Assembly: GCA_024640745.1 (NCBI GenBank) | Contig: JAHEEL010000001.1 | Coordinates: 1 to 33,956, forward strand | From: Actinomycetes bacterium | Lineage (GTDB): Bacteria; Actinomycetota; Acidimicrobiia; Spongiisociales; UBA5794 | DNA: 33,956 bases | Direction of reading: 5' to 3' | Shown: piece by piece, positions 1-7,605 of the stretch | How the letters are laid out: each line of letters starts with the position of its first letter | How positions within the stretch are numbered: position 1 is the stretch's first letter | Notes under the pieces: model-generated | Seen by the model: the letters and a program-made list of their open reading frames with translations, nothing else | Told to the model about the DNA's origin: nothing | Database searches by the model: none | Translations under genes and position numbers: made by a program

Positions 1-21
1 TGGTCCGAGTGTTGAGCAAGC

Positions 22-1353
22 TCATGAGGCGGCCGCTCCAGTGGCCGCCCCCCCTGCTGCCGCTGCGACCTGGCGCTTGAAGCCACTGCGCCTCCGATCG
101 GTGCTGGCCCGGGAGTAGAGGTGCCTCCCGAGCTCGACGAGACCGTTCTCCAAGGCCTCGACCGACATGTTGAGCGGCCGGTAGTTCACATCGAACAGCG
201 TGCACAGTTCCCACGCAGCGGGTTCGAGGATGCGACCCTCGGCGAGCAATCGGGCGTACAACGGCGTGCCCGGAAACGGCGTCAACACGGTGATTTGCAC
301 ATCGAACGGATCGGTCTCTTCAACGAAGGCAGCCACCGCATCGAACACACCGGGACCGTCTCCGTCGAGACCGAGGATGAAGCACGCATTCAGGGCGATG
401 CCGTGCGATTGAATCATCTCCACCGCAGCCCGGTAGCGATCGACCCGGCCATGCTTCCAGTTGCGCTTCGTCTCAACACCGTCCAGCGCCGCAGCATTGG
501 GACTCTCGAATCCGACGAGAATCTCGCGACAGCCCGCCTCGCTCATCATGGACAGCAGCCCCGGATCGTCGGCGATCGATACGTCGGTCTCCGTGAACCA
601 CCGGACACCCTGGGATCCAATCGCTGCTACGAGCTCCCGAGCGTGGTGACGATTGACGAATGAGTTGTCATCGGATAGCTCAACGAACGGGTCCGCCCAG
701 ATCGACTTCATCGCCTCGATTTCCGTGGCTACCTTCCGGGCCGGCTTCGTCTCGTAGCGCGGCGTGAGGAGGATCGACGAGGCGCAGAACTCGCACCGCC
801 ACGGGCAGCCGCGCTGGGTCTGAACTGTGAGCCGGTTGTACCGGGCAGGATCGAGGAGGTCGTATCGAGGGATCGGGGCATCGGCGAGATCGAAGGGCTC
901 TTCCGCGCGATAGACCGGCCGTGCGGTCCCAGCCTCGACGTCGGCGAGCAGCCGCCTCCACACCGGCTCCCCCTCGCCCGCAACGACGATATCGCAGTGC
1001 CCCAGCGCCTCTTCGGGAACGGCCGTGGCATGGAGACCACCGATCACCGTTTGCACCCCCGCCGCGCGGAATCGGTCGGCAAGGGCATAGCACTCCTTCG
1101 ACTGCGCGGTGTAGGTCGAGAAGGCCGCGAGATCGCACTCCGGCAGGGGTTCCATGCCTGCGATGTCGTCGACCTCGTAGTACTCGACGTCGTGACGGTC
1201 ATCCGTGAGCGCCGCAAGCGTGAGGAGGCCGAGACTCGGAAGCGACGCAATCGTCTTGCCCCGCTCCACGAACCCCGGGAGGCTCAGACCGAGCGCCGTC
1301 AGCTCGGGATTGTGGGCTCGAACACCAGACATCGCGATGAGCGCAATACGCAT
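22..1353 (-). CDS. B12-binding-domain radical SAM protein (class B type; substrate unknown)
   Basis: ORF 22..1368. The N-terminal region (MRIALIAMSG...VIGGLHAT) resembles a cobalamin-binding Rossmann-like domain. CPWRCEFC (CxxxCxxC) lies at 784..807. ATG at 1353 is preceded by GAGGAGGG (1359..1366 on the minus strand) and is preferred over the TTG at 1368. Confidence 0.85.
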   Translation of the reverse strand: MRIALIAMSGVRAHNPELTALGLSLPGFVERGKTIASLPSLGLLTLAALTDDRHDVEYYEVDDIAGMEPLPECDLAAFSTYTAQSKECYALADRFRAAGVQTVIGGLHATAVPEEALGHCDIVVAGEGEPVWRRLLADVEAGTARPVYRAEEPFDLADAPIPRYDLLDPARYNRLTVQTQRGCPWRCEFCASSILLTPRYETKPARKVATEIEAMKSIWADPFVELSDDNSFVNRHHARELVAAIGSQGVRWFTETDVSIADDPGLLSMMSEAGCREILVGFESPNAAALDGVETKRNWKHGRVDRYRAAVEMIQSHGIALNACFILGLDGDGPGVFDAVAAFVEETDPFDVQITVLTPFPGTPLYARLLAEGRILEPAAWELCTLFDVNYRPLNMSVEALENGLVELGRHLYSRASTDRRRSGFKRQVAAAAGGAATGAAAS

Positions 1354-1494
1354 CGGTTCCCTCCTCAACCTTCAAGGTACCGCGCCTACTCCACCCGTCG
1401 ATAGGGTCTTTCCCCGATCCCCGGTGCCGCAGCGGTGCCCGCGTGACACGAAGGGCACTCCGACCTGTGGCATCAACGTCGCGCGCGGGCCAGA

Positions 1495-2508
1495 ATGGGA
1501 CCCATGCCGGCGAACCTGACGCCCGACTACAAGAAGGCCGAGGCTGCGTACCGGCGAGCGAGGGATCCGAACGAGCGCCTCGAACTGCTCCAGGAGATGC
1601 ACCGGACGATCCCGAAGCACAAGGGAACGGAGCACCTGCGAGCCGATATCAAGACCAAGATCAAGGAGTTGCGAGACGAGCTTGCCGGCCCGACGAAGGG
1701 AGGGGCCAGGAGCGGACCGCCGACCTTCATCCGCCCCGAAGGCGCGGCGCAGGTGGCAATCATCGGACCGCCAAACTCCGGCAAGTCGTCGCTCCATGCC
1801 GCGCTGACCGGCTCCCACACGCACGTCGGGGCCTATCCGTTCACCACGCAGTTCCCTGAGCCGGGGATGCTCGACATCGACGACGCGCAGATCCAGCTGG
1901 TCGACCTGCCGCCGATCTCGTCACAACACCCGATTGCGTGGCTCGGCAACACCCTCCAGTCCGCCGACGGCGCGTTGTTGGTGGTCGACCTCGGCCAGCC
2001 GGGCTGCGTCGAGATGATCGTGGAAGCAAGAGAGATTCTCGCCGAGCGGCGTGTGACGCTCACCGGGACGTGGGACCTCAGCCGGTCCTTGAATGACGAC
2101 CCGTTCGCGATTCGTCTCCCCACGCTCCTGATCGCAAACAAGGCGGACGCCATTCCCGCCATCGAGGAGGATCTGGACGTCTGTCGCGAGCTTGGCGACC
2201 TCCATTTTCCGACCATGGTCGTATCGACCGAGACCGGCGACGGCATCGACGCCATCGGGCCGTGGCTCTTCCGCAATCTCGAGATCGTACGTGTGTACAC
2301 GAAGGTCCCGGGCAAGGAACCGGACATGGACCGTCCCTACACCGTCCGGCACGGCGCCACGGTGGGAGACGTGTCGTTGCTCGTCCACCGGGATCTGGCG
2401 GCGTCGTTCCACCACGCCAGGATCTGGGGCCAAGGATCGTACGACGGGCAGCAGGTAGGGAAGGAACACGTCGTCGAAGACGGTGACATCCTCGAAATCC
2501 ACGCCTGA
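1495..2508 (+). CDS. DRG/Obg-family GTPase with C-terminal TGS domain
   Basis: G1 GPPNSGKS at 1765..1788, FTT as G2, NKAD at 2137..2148. The C-terminal VRVYTK...VGKEHVVEDGDILEI is TGS-like. The N-terminal KHKGTEHLRADIKTKIKELRDEL resembles archaeal/eukaryotic DRG. Alternative ATG at 1504. Confidence 0.8.
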   Translation: MGPMPANLTPDYKKAEAAYRRARDPNERLELLQEMHRTIPKHKGTEHLRADIKTKIKELRDELAGPTKGGARSGPPTFIRPEGAAQVAIIGPPNSGKSSLHAALTGSHTHVGAYPFTTQFPEPGMLDIDDAQIQLVDLPPISSQHPIAWLGNTLQSADGALLVVDLGQPGCVEMIVEAREILAERRVTLTGTWDLSRSLNDDPFAIRLPTLLIANKADAIPAIEEDLDVCRELGDLHFPTMVVSTETGDGIDAIGPWLFRNLEIVRVYTKVPGKEPDMDRPYTVRHGATVGDVSLLVHRDLAASFHHARIWGQGSYDGQQVGKEHVVEDGDILEIHA

Positions 2509-2612
2509 TTCCGCGTACCCGCCGCTCGCCAAGGCCTGTCTGGCGTTCCAGGCCGTCAGGGCGGGCGCCGCCGGCATCGATCGGCCGGTTCCCTACGTGG
2601 TACCGTCCCGCG

Positions 2613-4418
2613 ATGGACGCCCCACAGCTCGTTGTGATCGGGACGCCGTCGGTCGATCGCATCGAGATACGCGGCGATTCGCTGCCGACCGTTGGTGGAT
2701 CAGGCTTCATCACCGCCGTCGGAGCGCGCCTCGCCGGGATCACGGTGGGACTCGTCGCTCGGGTGCCGCGGCGACTTCCGGACGGCATCGCCGCGGCGTT
2801 CCGACCCGGCGGTATCGACCCCGGTGGCCTCGCCGTGGTCGAAGGACGTCTGCCGGGCTTTCACATCTCCTACGACGAGGCCGAGCGTGCCACCTACTTG
2901 ACGATTGCATCCGGCGAGGAGGCCGACGTGTGCGGCGCCGACCTGCCGCGGCGATGGCTCAATGCCGCATGGATCCACCTCGGCCCGCTGGCCGCGACCA
3001 CGGGCATGCAGATCCGCTTCCTAGAGCAGGTGCTCGACCGCGGCTATCGGGGCGGCCTGTCCGCCGGCACGTTCGGACGCGCCGCCGCCGTGGAGCCGGA
3101 GCTCGTACGAGACCTGTTCACTCGGGTCGACCTCGCTTTCCTCAACCGGGAAGAAGCCGATCGCATCTACCCCGACGGCATGCCAGACGGCCGGACCGTC
3201 TGCGTCACCGACGGAGGCGCCGGGGCGCGCCGCTGGAACGGATCCGAATGGACAACCTATCCGACGACACCAGTCACTCCGTTCGATCCAACGGGTGCAG
3301 GCGACGCGTTCGTCGGCGGCTACCTGGGCGCCATGCTCGACGGCGACTCCGATCCGGTGGGCAACGGACTCCGCACTGCCGCGATCGCCATCGACGGCCC
3401 GGGGGCGGCCCCGCTGGTCGAACAACTGCCACAGCATGCAGCGGTCGTCCCGGAACCGCTCCCCGAAGGCGACCCCGTGGCCGTCGTGGACCGCTCCCGA
3501 ACCGATGCGATCGCCGCCGCGCTCCGAAGCGCTGCAGATGCTGCGGCGCTCGATTTCTGCGGCTTCCCATTCCCCGAGGAGGGAGATCCCGGCGCCATCG
3601 AGACGATGGCCATCGGAACGCTGCACCAGTACGGCTTCTGGGAGGGCACCGATCATGGCTACGGCGGGCCGATGTGGGCGACGATCGACGGGATTCGGCG
3701 GAAGGGCTCCGACTTCATCTGGCATGCGTTCACGAGAGCAACGTCTGCCGATCCGCACATCCTGGACGCGGGCCGTCTTGCCGCCGAGCCGCTGCTCTTC
3801 GATGCGATCTGTACCGACGACGACGGGGTGTGCCCGATCCCGGACGTCGGATCGCACCGGGTGCTCCAGCAGGCGTACGGCGCGGTCATCGGTTCACATG
3901 GCGGAATGCAATCGATCGTCGAGCAGGCAAACGAGGCGGCGGACCCGCTCGCAGCTTTCCTCGATTCGATGGCGGTGGTACCCGGCTTCGGCGAGGATCG
4001 CCTCGCAAAGAAGGCAAACCTTCTGGCGCTGATCCTCGCCAATCGGCCGGAGCGCTTCCTCAGACTGGGCGGTCCAACGGCGATCGCTCCAATCGTCGAC
4101 TACCACATCATGCGAACAACGATGCGGACGGGGTGCGTCTCGATCGTCGACAACGACCTCCGCAACCGTCTTGTTGATCGTGCATGGATCGACGCGGAAC
4201 CCGAAGCCGGGATTCGACTCGCTGCGCGTGACGCCATTTGTGACCTCTGCACGAGCTCCGGTCTCGATGTCGGCAGCGTCGACGGGTTCCTGTTCAGCCT
4301 CGGACGAAGCATCTGCCTCGAGACGGAACCTCCGAAATGTGGTGAATGCCCGCTCGCATTCGCGTGCGCGCAGGAAGTCGAGCTGTTCCAGCCGATCTAT
4401 CGAACAACCGCCTATTGA
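2613..4418 (+). CDS. Fusion protein: N-terminal PfkB/ribokinase-family kinase plus C-terminal QNG1(DUF2419)/HhH-GPD-like N-glycosylase domain with a 4-Cys Fe-S cluster loop
   Basis: PfkB motifs: TVGGSGFITAVGARLAG and DPTGAGDAF (3285..3311). C-terminal half: LHQYGFW, PGFGEDRLAKKANLL (HhH-like), IVDYHIMRT (Asp496 at 4098..4100), C568-x7-C576-x2-C579-x5-C585 (4314..4367), and a C-terminal ...IYRTTAY. Confidence 0.7.
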   Translation: MDAPQLVVIGTPSVDRIEIRGDSLPTVGGSGFITAVGARLAGITVGLVARVPRRLPDGIAAAFRPGGIDPGGLAVVEGRLPGFHISYDEAERATYLTIASGEEADVCGADLPRRWLNAAWIHLGPLAATTGMQIRFLEQVLDRGYRGGLSAGTFGRAAAVEPELVRDLFTRVDLAFLNREEADRIYPDGMPDGRTVCVTDGGAGARRWNGSEWTTYPTTPVTPFDPTGAGDAFVGGYLGAMLDGDSDPVGNGLRTAAIAIDGPGAAPLVEQLPQHAAVVPEPLPEGDPVAVVDRSRTDAIAAALRSAADAAALDFCGFPFPEEGDPGAIETMAIGTLHQYGFWEGTDHGYGGPMWATIDGIRRKGSDFIWHAFTRATSADPHILDAGRLAAEPLLFDAICTDDDGVCPIPDVGSHRVLQQAYGAVIGSHGGMQSIVEQANEAADPLAAFLDSMAVVPGFGEDRLAKKANLLALILANRPERFLRLGGPTAIAPIVDYHIMRTTMRTGCVSIVDNDLRNRLVDRAWIDAEPEAGIRLAARDAICDLCTSSGLDVGSVDGFLFSLGRSICLETEPPKCGECPLAFACAQEVELFQPIYRTTAY

Positions 4419-4423
4419 GCCCA

Positions 4424-4477
4424 CCGCAGAACAACGACACGCCGCGAATGTCGGTTCGCGGCACCTCCATTCTGCGG
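4424..4477. terminator. Nested inverted repeats between convergent genes (candidate bidirectional terminator)
   Basis: Inner stem GCCGCGAA (4441..4448) / TTCGCGGC (4455..4462). Outer stem CCGCAGA (4424..4430) / TCTGCGG (4471..4477). No clear U-tract. Confidence 0.35.
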
Positions 4478-4522
4478 GCCCACGAAGCCGACCATGACGT
4501 CGCCAACCCTGGGTAGGCGGAT

Positions 4523-4879
4523 CTAGCCTTCCTCGACGATTTCCTCGGCGGCCTCTTCCAGGACTTCGGTGAGTTCCTCTTCGGCTTCTTCGAGCGCCGC
4601 TTCCTCTTCGACCTCTTCGATCGCCTCGTCGATAGCCTCTTCGACCATGTCGGCGACTTCGGGGGACCGCTTCACAGCTGAGATGACCGCGTCCTGGATC
4701 TGGGCGACCTGCTCGTCGGACATCCGGCCCGCCAGCTTCAGATCGAGGTACTCACGGATCTCCTCTTCCGACATCCCCGAGAACTTCTGTTTCTGATTGA
4801 CGACGAGCGCCACGAGGGCGCCGATTCCGGCGGCGATGATGATGAGAATTAGCGTCCTGAGTGAGAACAGTCTGCGCAT
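4523..4879 (-). CDS. Hypothetical single-pass membrane protein with a highly acidic Glu/Ala-rich C-terminus
   Basis: ATG at 4879 is preceded by GGAGG 5 nt upstream. The ORF-track start at 4909 has no RBS. One TM segment (LILIIIAAGIGALVALVV) followed by an EEAxEE-rich tail. Confidence 0.6.
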   Translation of the reverse strand: MRRLFSLRTLILIIIAAGIGALVALVVNQKQKFSGMSEEEIREYLDLKLAGRMSDEQVAQIQDAVISAVKRSPEVADMVEEAIDEAIEEVEEEAALEEAEEELTEVLEEAAEEIVEEG

Positions 4880-4943
4880 GGGACCTCCATTGCGGTTTTG
4901 CGAGCCCACATCCTAACGAATGGAAGCAACAGTCAATCTGCGG

Positions 4944-5192
4944 TCAGTTTCGGGCGCGGCGGCGCATCACCCAGCGCCAGACCCAGCCGAGCACCGCACC
5001 GAGGAGAAGGAAGACCCCGACCACGATCCAGAGCGGCAACGTCACGCCGAAGAACAGGAACTCGATCTCGACTCGCTCGCGATTCTGGAATACGAAGATG
5101 CCGAGGATGACCACCACCGCGACCGTGACGATGATTCCGATCCCGATTCGGTCGTTCGGCGTATGGATGTTCTGTGGTTGTTCGTCCGTCAT
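4944..5192 (-). CDS. Small two-TM membrane protein, LapA/DUF1049-like
   Basis: 82 aa, two hydrophobic helices, Arg-rich C-terminal WRWVMRRRARN. A GGGAGAG RBS-like purine tract sits upstream of the ATG at 5192. Confidence 0.6.
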   Translation of the reverse strand: MTDEQPQNIHTPNDRIGIGIIVTVAVVVILGIFVFQNRERVEIEFLFFGVTLPLWIVVGVFLLLGAVLGWVWRWVMRRRARN

Positions 5193-5398
5193 GGACTCTC
5201 CCTCGCCCAGTCTGAGTTCATGGTATCAGAGGCCCCGTCTGCGGAAATCCCGGCGAATTGCACGCGTGTGATTTATCGTCTGGCCACCGTGGAGACTCTA
5301 GGAATCATCATTGCGTGGCTGCTGATCGGCCTCATGGTGACCGCATCGGCCGCCCTCTTCTGGGTGTCCCAGCGCTAGCCGGCCGACGAAAACGCGAA

Positions 5399-5454
5399 GC
5401 AGCCGGGATCTGAGATCCCGGCTGCTCATCGATCTCCCCCGGATCACCCGGGGG
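5399..5454 (-). terminator. Two tandem GC-rich hairpins downstream of infA
   Basis: GCAGCCGGGATC (5399..5410) / GATCCCGGCTGC (5414..5425), a perfect 12-bp stem with a 3-nt loop, followed on the minus strand by TTCGCGTTTTCG. A second hairpin, CCCCCGG-ATCAC-CCGGGGG, lies at about 5436..5454. Confidence 0.6.
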
Positions 5455-5466
5455 TCTGGTTGTTCT

Positions 5467-5691
5467 CTATCGGTGCCTCCACACGATGCGACCCTTGGTC
5501 GGGTCGTAGGCCGAAACCTCAACCTCGACCTTGTCGCCGGCGATGATTCGGATCCCGCGACCGCGCCGCATCTTTCCCGATGCTCGCGCAACGATCTCGA
5601 GGCCCGAGTCGAGTCGTACCTTGAACTCAGCGTTCCGGAGCGTCTCGACGACGAGGCCCTGTGTGCGGAATGTGTCGTCGCCTCGTGCCAT
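5467..5691 (-). CDS. infA: Translation initiation factor IF-1 (divergent S1-like OB fold)
   Basis: 74 aa. GKMRRGRGIRIIAGDKVEVEVSAYDPTKGRIVWRHR matches the IF-1 signature GKMR..IRI..GD.V.VE.S.YD...GRI..R. Confidence 0.85.
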   Translation of the reverse strand: MARGDDTFRTQGLVVETLRNAEFKVRLDSGLEIVARASGKMRRGRGIRIIAGDKVEVEVSAYDPTKGRIVWRHR

Positions 5692-5700
5692 GTGGTGGTG

Positions 5701-5946
5701 CTACCGACGGGGACGGGCCTCGTTCACGGTAAGGGCCCGGCCCTCATGCTCGTATCCGTTGAGTTCCTCAATCGCCTTGGTGCCCTCGGCGGCATCCGGC
5801 ATCTCGACGAAGCCGAAACCGCGTGAGCGGCCGGTGTCGCGATCATTGATGATCGCGGCGGAGTCGACGGTGCCGTACTGCGCAAAGAGCGACTCGAGAT
5901 CGGCGTTCGTAGCGCGGAACGAGAGGTTCCCCACAAAGATGTTCAT
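5701..5946 (-). CDS. RRM-type RNA-binding protein (RNP-2 IFVGNL, RNP-1 RGFGFVEM)
   Basis: ATG at 5946 with GGAGG 9 nt upstream. The ORF-track extension to 5997 has no support. 9-nt gap to infA downstream, suggesting an operon. Confidence 0.9.
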   Translation of the reverse strand: MNIFVGNLSFRATNADLESLFAQYGTVDSAAIINDRDTGRSRGFGFVEMPDAAEGTKAIEELNGYEHEGRALTVNEARPRR

Positions 5947-6201
5947 TTCTACTGCCTCCAATGGGCATCGGCTCACGGACCACTGTGGTCCGCACACGGG
6001 CGGGTTCTGTCGACCTGCCTCGAACCAACAAGTGCCACGGCGGCAGCGGACATCCCTCTGTGCACGGGAACAATAGCCTCCCTTCGGTCAACTCGGCGAT
6101 CCAATACCGATGCCGGAAGCGGCGGCAACGCCCAGGCGTGCCCGCCTCAACCTCCCGGACGACCACCCGGCCCGCGCGCGCCCGCCGCTAGCGTCGGGTC
6201 C

Positions 6202-7542
6202 ATGTCGACGGAAACGCCCATGCGCAACGACCAGCGCACGATTGTCGGGTGGGCGATGTACGACTGGGCGAACTCGGCCTACATCACGGCCGGGAGCCTG
6301 ATCTTCGCCATCTACTTCGGCGACACGATCTATCCGGAGGACGGTCTCTCGGTGTTTGGCGCAACCATCGGCGCCGAGGCGTTCTTCGGTATCGTCGTGG
6401 GCGTCGGCGCGCTCCTCTTGTTCCTTGCCATGCCCATCCTCGGGGCCATCGCCGACTATTCGAACGCAAAGAAGCGAATGCTCCGAGCGTTCGCCTACTC
6501 GGGAGCGACCTTTGCCGTCCTGACGGCGGTTCCCGGCGTGGGTGACCTCGGTCTCGCGGTCTTCGTCGCGCTCATGGCGCAGCTGGGGTTCGTTGCGGCG
6601 AACGTCATGTATGAGGGTTTCCTCCCTGAGTTGACCACTCCGGACACCATCGACCGCGTCTCCGCCACGGGTTTCGCCTACGGCTACGCCGGCGGCGGCA
6701 TCCACCTGGTCCTCTCGCTCGTGCTTCTGTTCTTCGCCGAGCCGCTCGGCATCGCCGAAACGACCGCCCAACGACTCGTCATCGTCTCGGCCGGGGTCTG
6801 GTGGGCCACGTTCGCAACCCTTTCGTTCTCCCGCCTCCACGATGCCGGCCGCGCGCATACCCTGCCGGCCCGAGACCAATCGGTTCCGCGCCCGCTGGCC
6901 TATGCCCGACTCGGCCTCAGCCGAACCTGGCGAACGACACGCCAGCTCATCACCTTCCCCCAGCTGCTGCTCTTCGTCGTAGCCTTCCTGTTCTACAACG
7001 ACGGTGTCCAGACGGTCATCAAGATCACACCGGTCTTCGCCTCAGAGACCCTCGACCTCTCGGCGACGACCATCGCTGCTGTGTTCGTGATCATCCAACT
7101 CGTCGCGTTCTTCGGTGCGCTCGCGTTCGGGCGGCTGGCCGAGCGCGTCGGCGCCCAGCGGGCGATCCTGGTGTCGATCGCCGGCTGGACGCTCGTGACC
7201 GTTGGCGGCTACTTCATGCCATCAGGGCAACCGGCGCCGTTCCTCGTCCTCGGTGTGTTCGCCGGCCTTGTCCTCGGCGGTGTTCAGGCGCTGTCTCGGT
7301 CGCTGTACGGCTCGATGATTCCGGAGGAAGCATCGGCTGAGTTCTTCGGCTTCTACTCGGTGTTCTCCAAGTTCAGCGCCATCTTCGGCCCGCTCATCTT
7401 CGCCGCCGTCGACATCGCAACCGGCTCAACGCGGCTCGCGATCCTCTTCCTCGCGGCGTTCTTTCTGATCGGCGGATCGCTCCTCACGGTCGTCGACGTC
7501 GAAGCGGCGCGGGCCTCGCGGAACCGGTGGGTCTTGGACTGA
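6202..7542 (+). CDS. MFS transporter, UMF1/Atg22-like family
   Basis: 446 aa, about 12 TM segments. The N-terminal WAMYDWANSAYIT motif is typical of the UMF1/Atg22-like subfamily. Confidence 0.75.
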   Translation: MSTETPMRNDQRTIVGWAMYDWANSAYITAGSLIFAIYFGDTIYPEDGLSVFGATIGAEAFFGIVVGVGALLLFLAMPILGAIADYSNAKKRMLRAFAYSGATFAVLTAVPGVGDLGLAVFVALMAQLGFVAANVMYEGFLPELTTPDTIDRVSATGFAYGYAGGGIHLVLSLVLLFFAEPLGIAETTAQRLVIVSAGVWWATFATLSFSRLHDAGRAHTLPARDQSVPRPLAYARLGLSRTWRTTRQLITFPQLLLFVVAFLFYNDGVQTVIKITPVFASETLDLSATTIAAVFVIIQLVAFFGALAFGRLAERVGAQRAILVSIAGWTLVTVGGYFMPSGQPAPFLVLGVFAGLVLGGVQALSRSLYGSMIPEEASAEFFGFYSVFSKFSAIFGPLIFAAVDIATGSTRLAILFLAAFFLIGGSLLTVVDVEAARASRNRWVLD

Positions 7543-7605
7543 ACGGATCATCGGCATCGCGGGTCCGAACACGCATCACAAGGGGCCGAGCTAGGTTCCT
7601 GCCCT

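Noticed and set aside
2509-2612. GGCCTG...CAGGCC inverted repeat between the GTPase and fusion genes as a terminator or attenuator
   Set aside because: The stem is 6 bp with a 10-nt loop and no U-tract. That is within chance expectation for GC-rich DNA.
2483-4177. 564-aa ORF on the plus strand overlapping the kinase-glycosylase gene in another frame
   Set aside because: The translation is extremely Arg/Pro/Gly-rich and low-complexity with no motifs. This is a typical shadow ORF in high-GC DNA. The overlapping frame (2613..4418) carries clear PfkB and glycosylase motifs.
5268-5378. Possible 29-36 aa single-TM micro-ORF (VIYRLATVETLGIIIAWLLIGLMVTASAALFWVSQR) between the LapA-like gene and the infA terminator
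   Set aside because: It is hydrophobic with decent GC3 in its second half. However, there is no RBS before either candidate GTG (5268 or 5290), no recognisable family, and it is the tail of a longer ORF (4920..5378) that is antisense to a real gene. The evidence is insufficient to call it.
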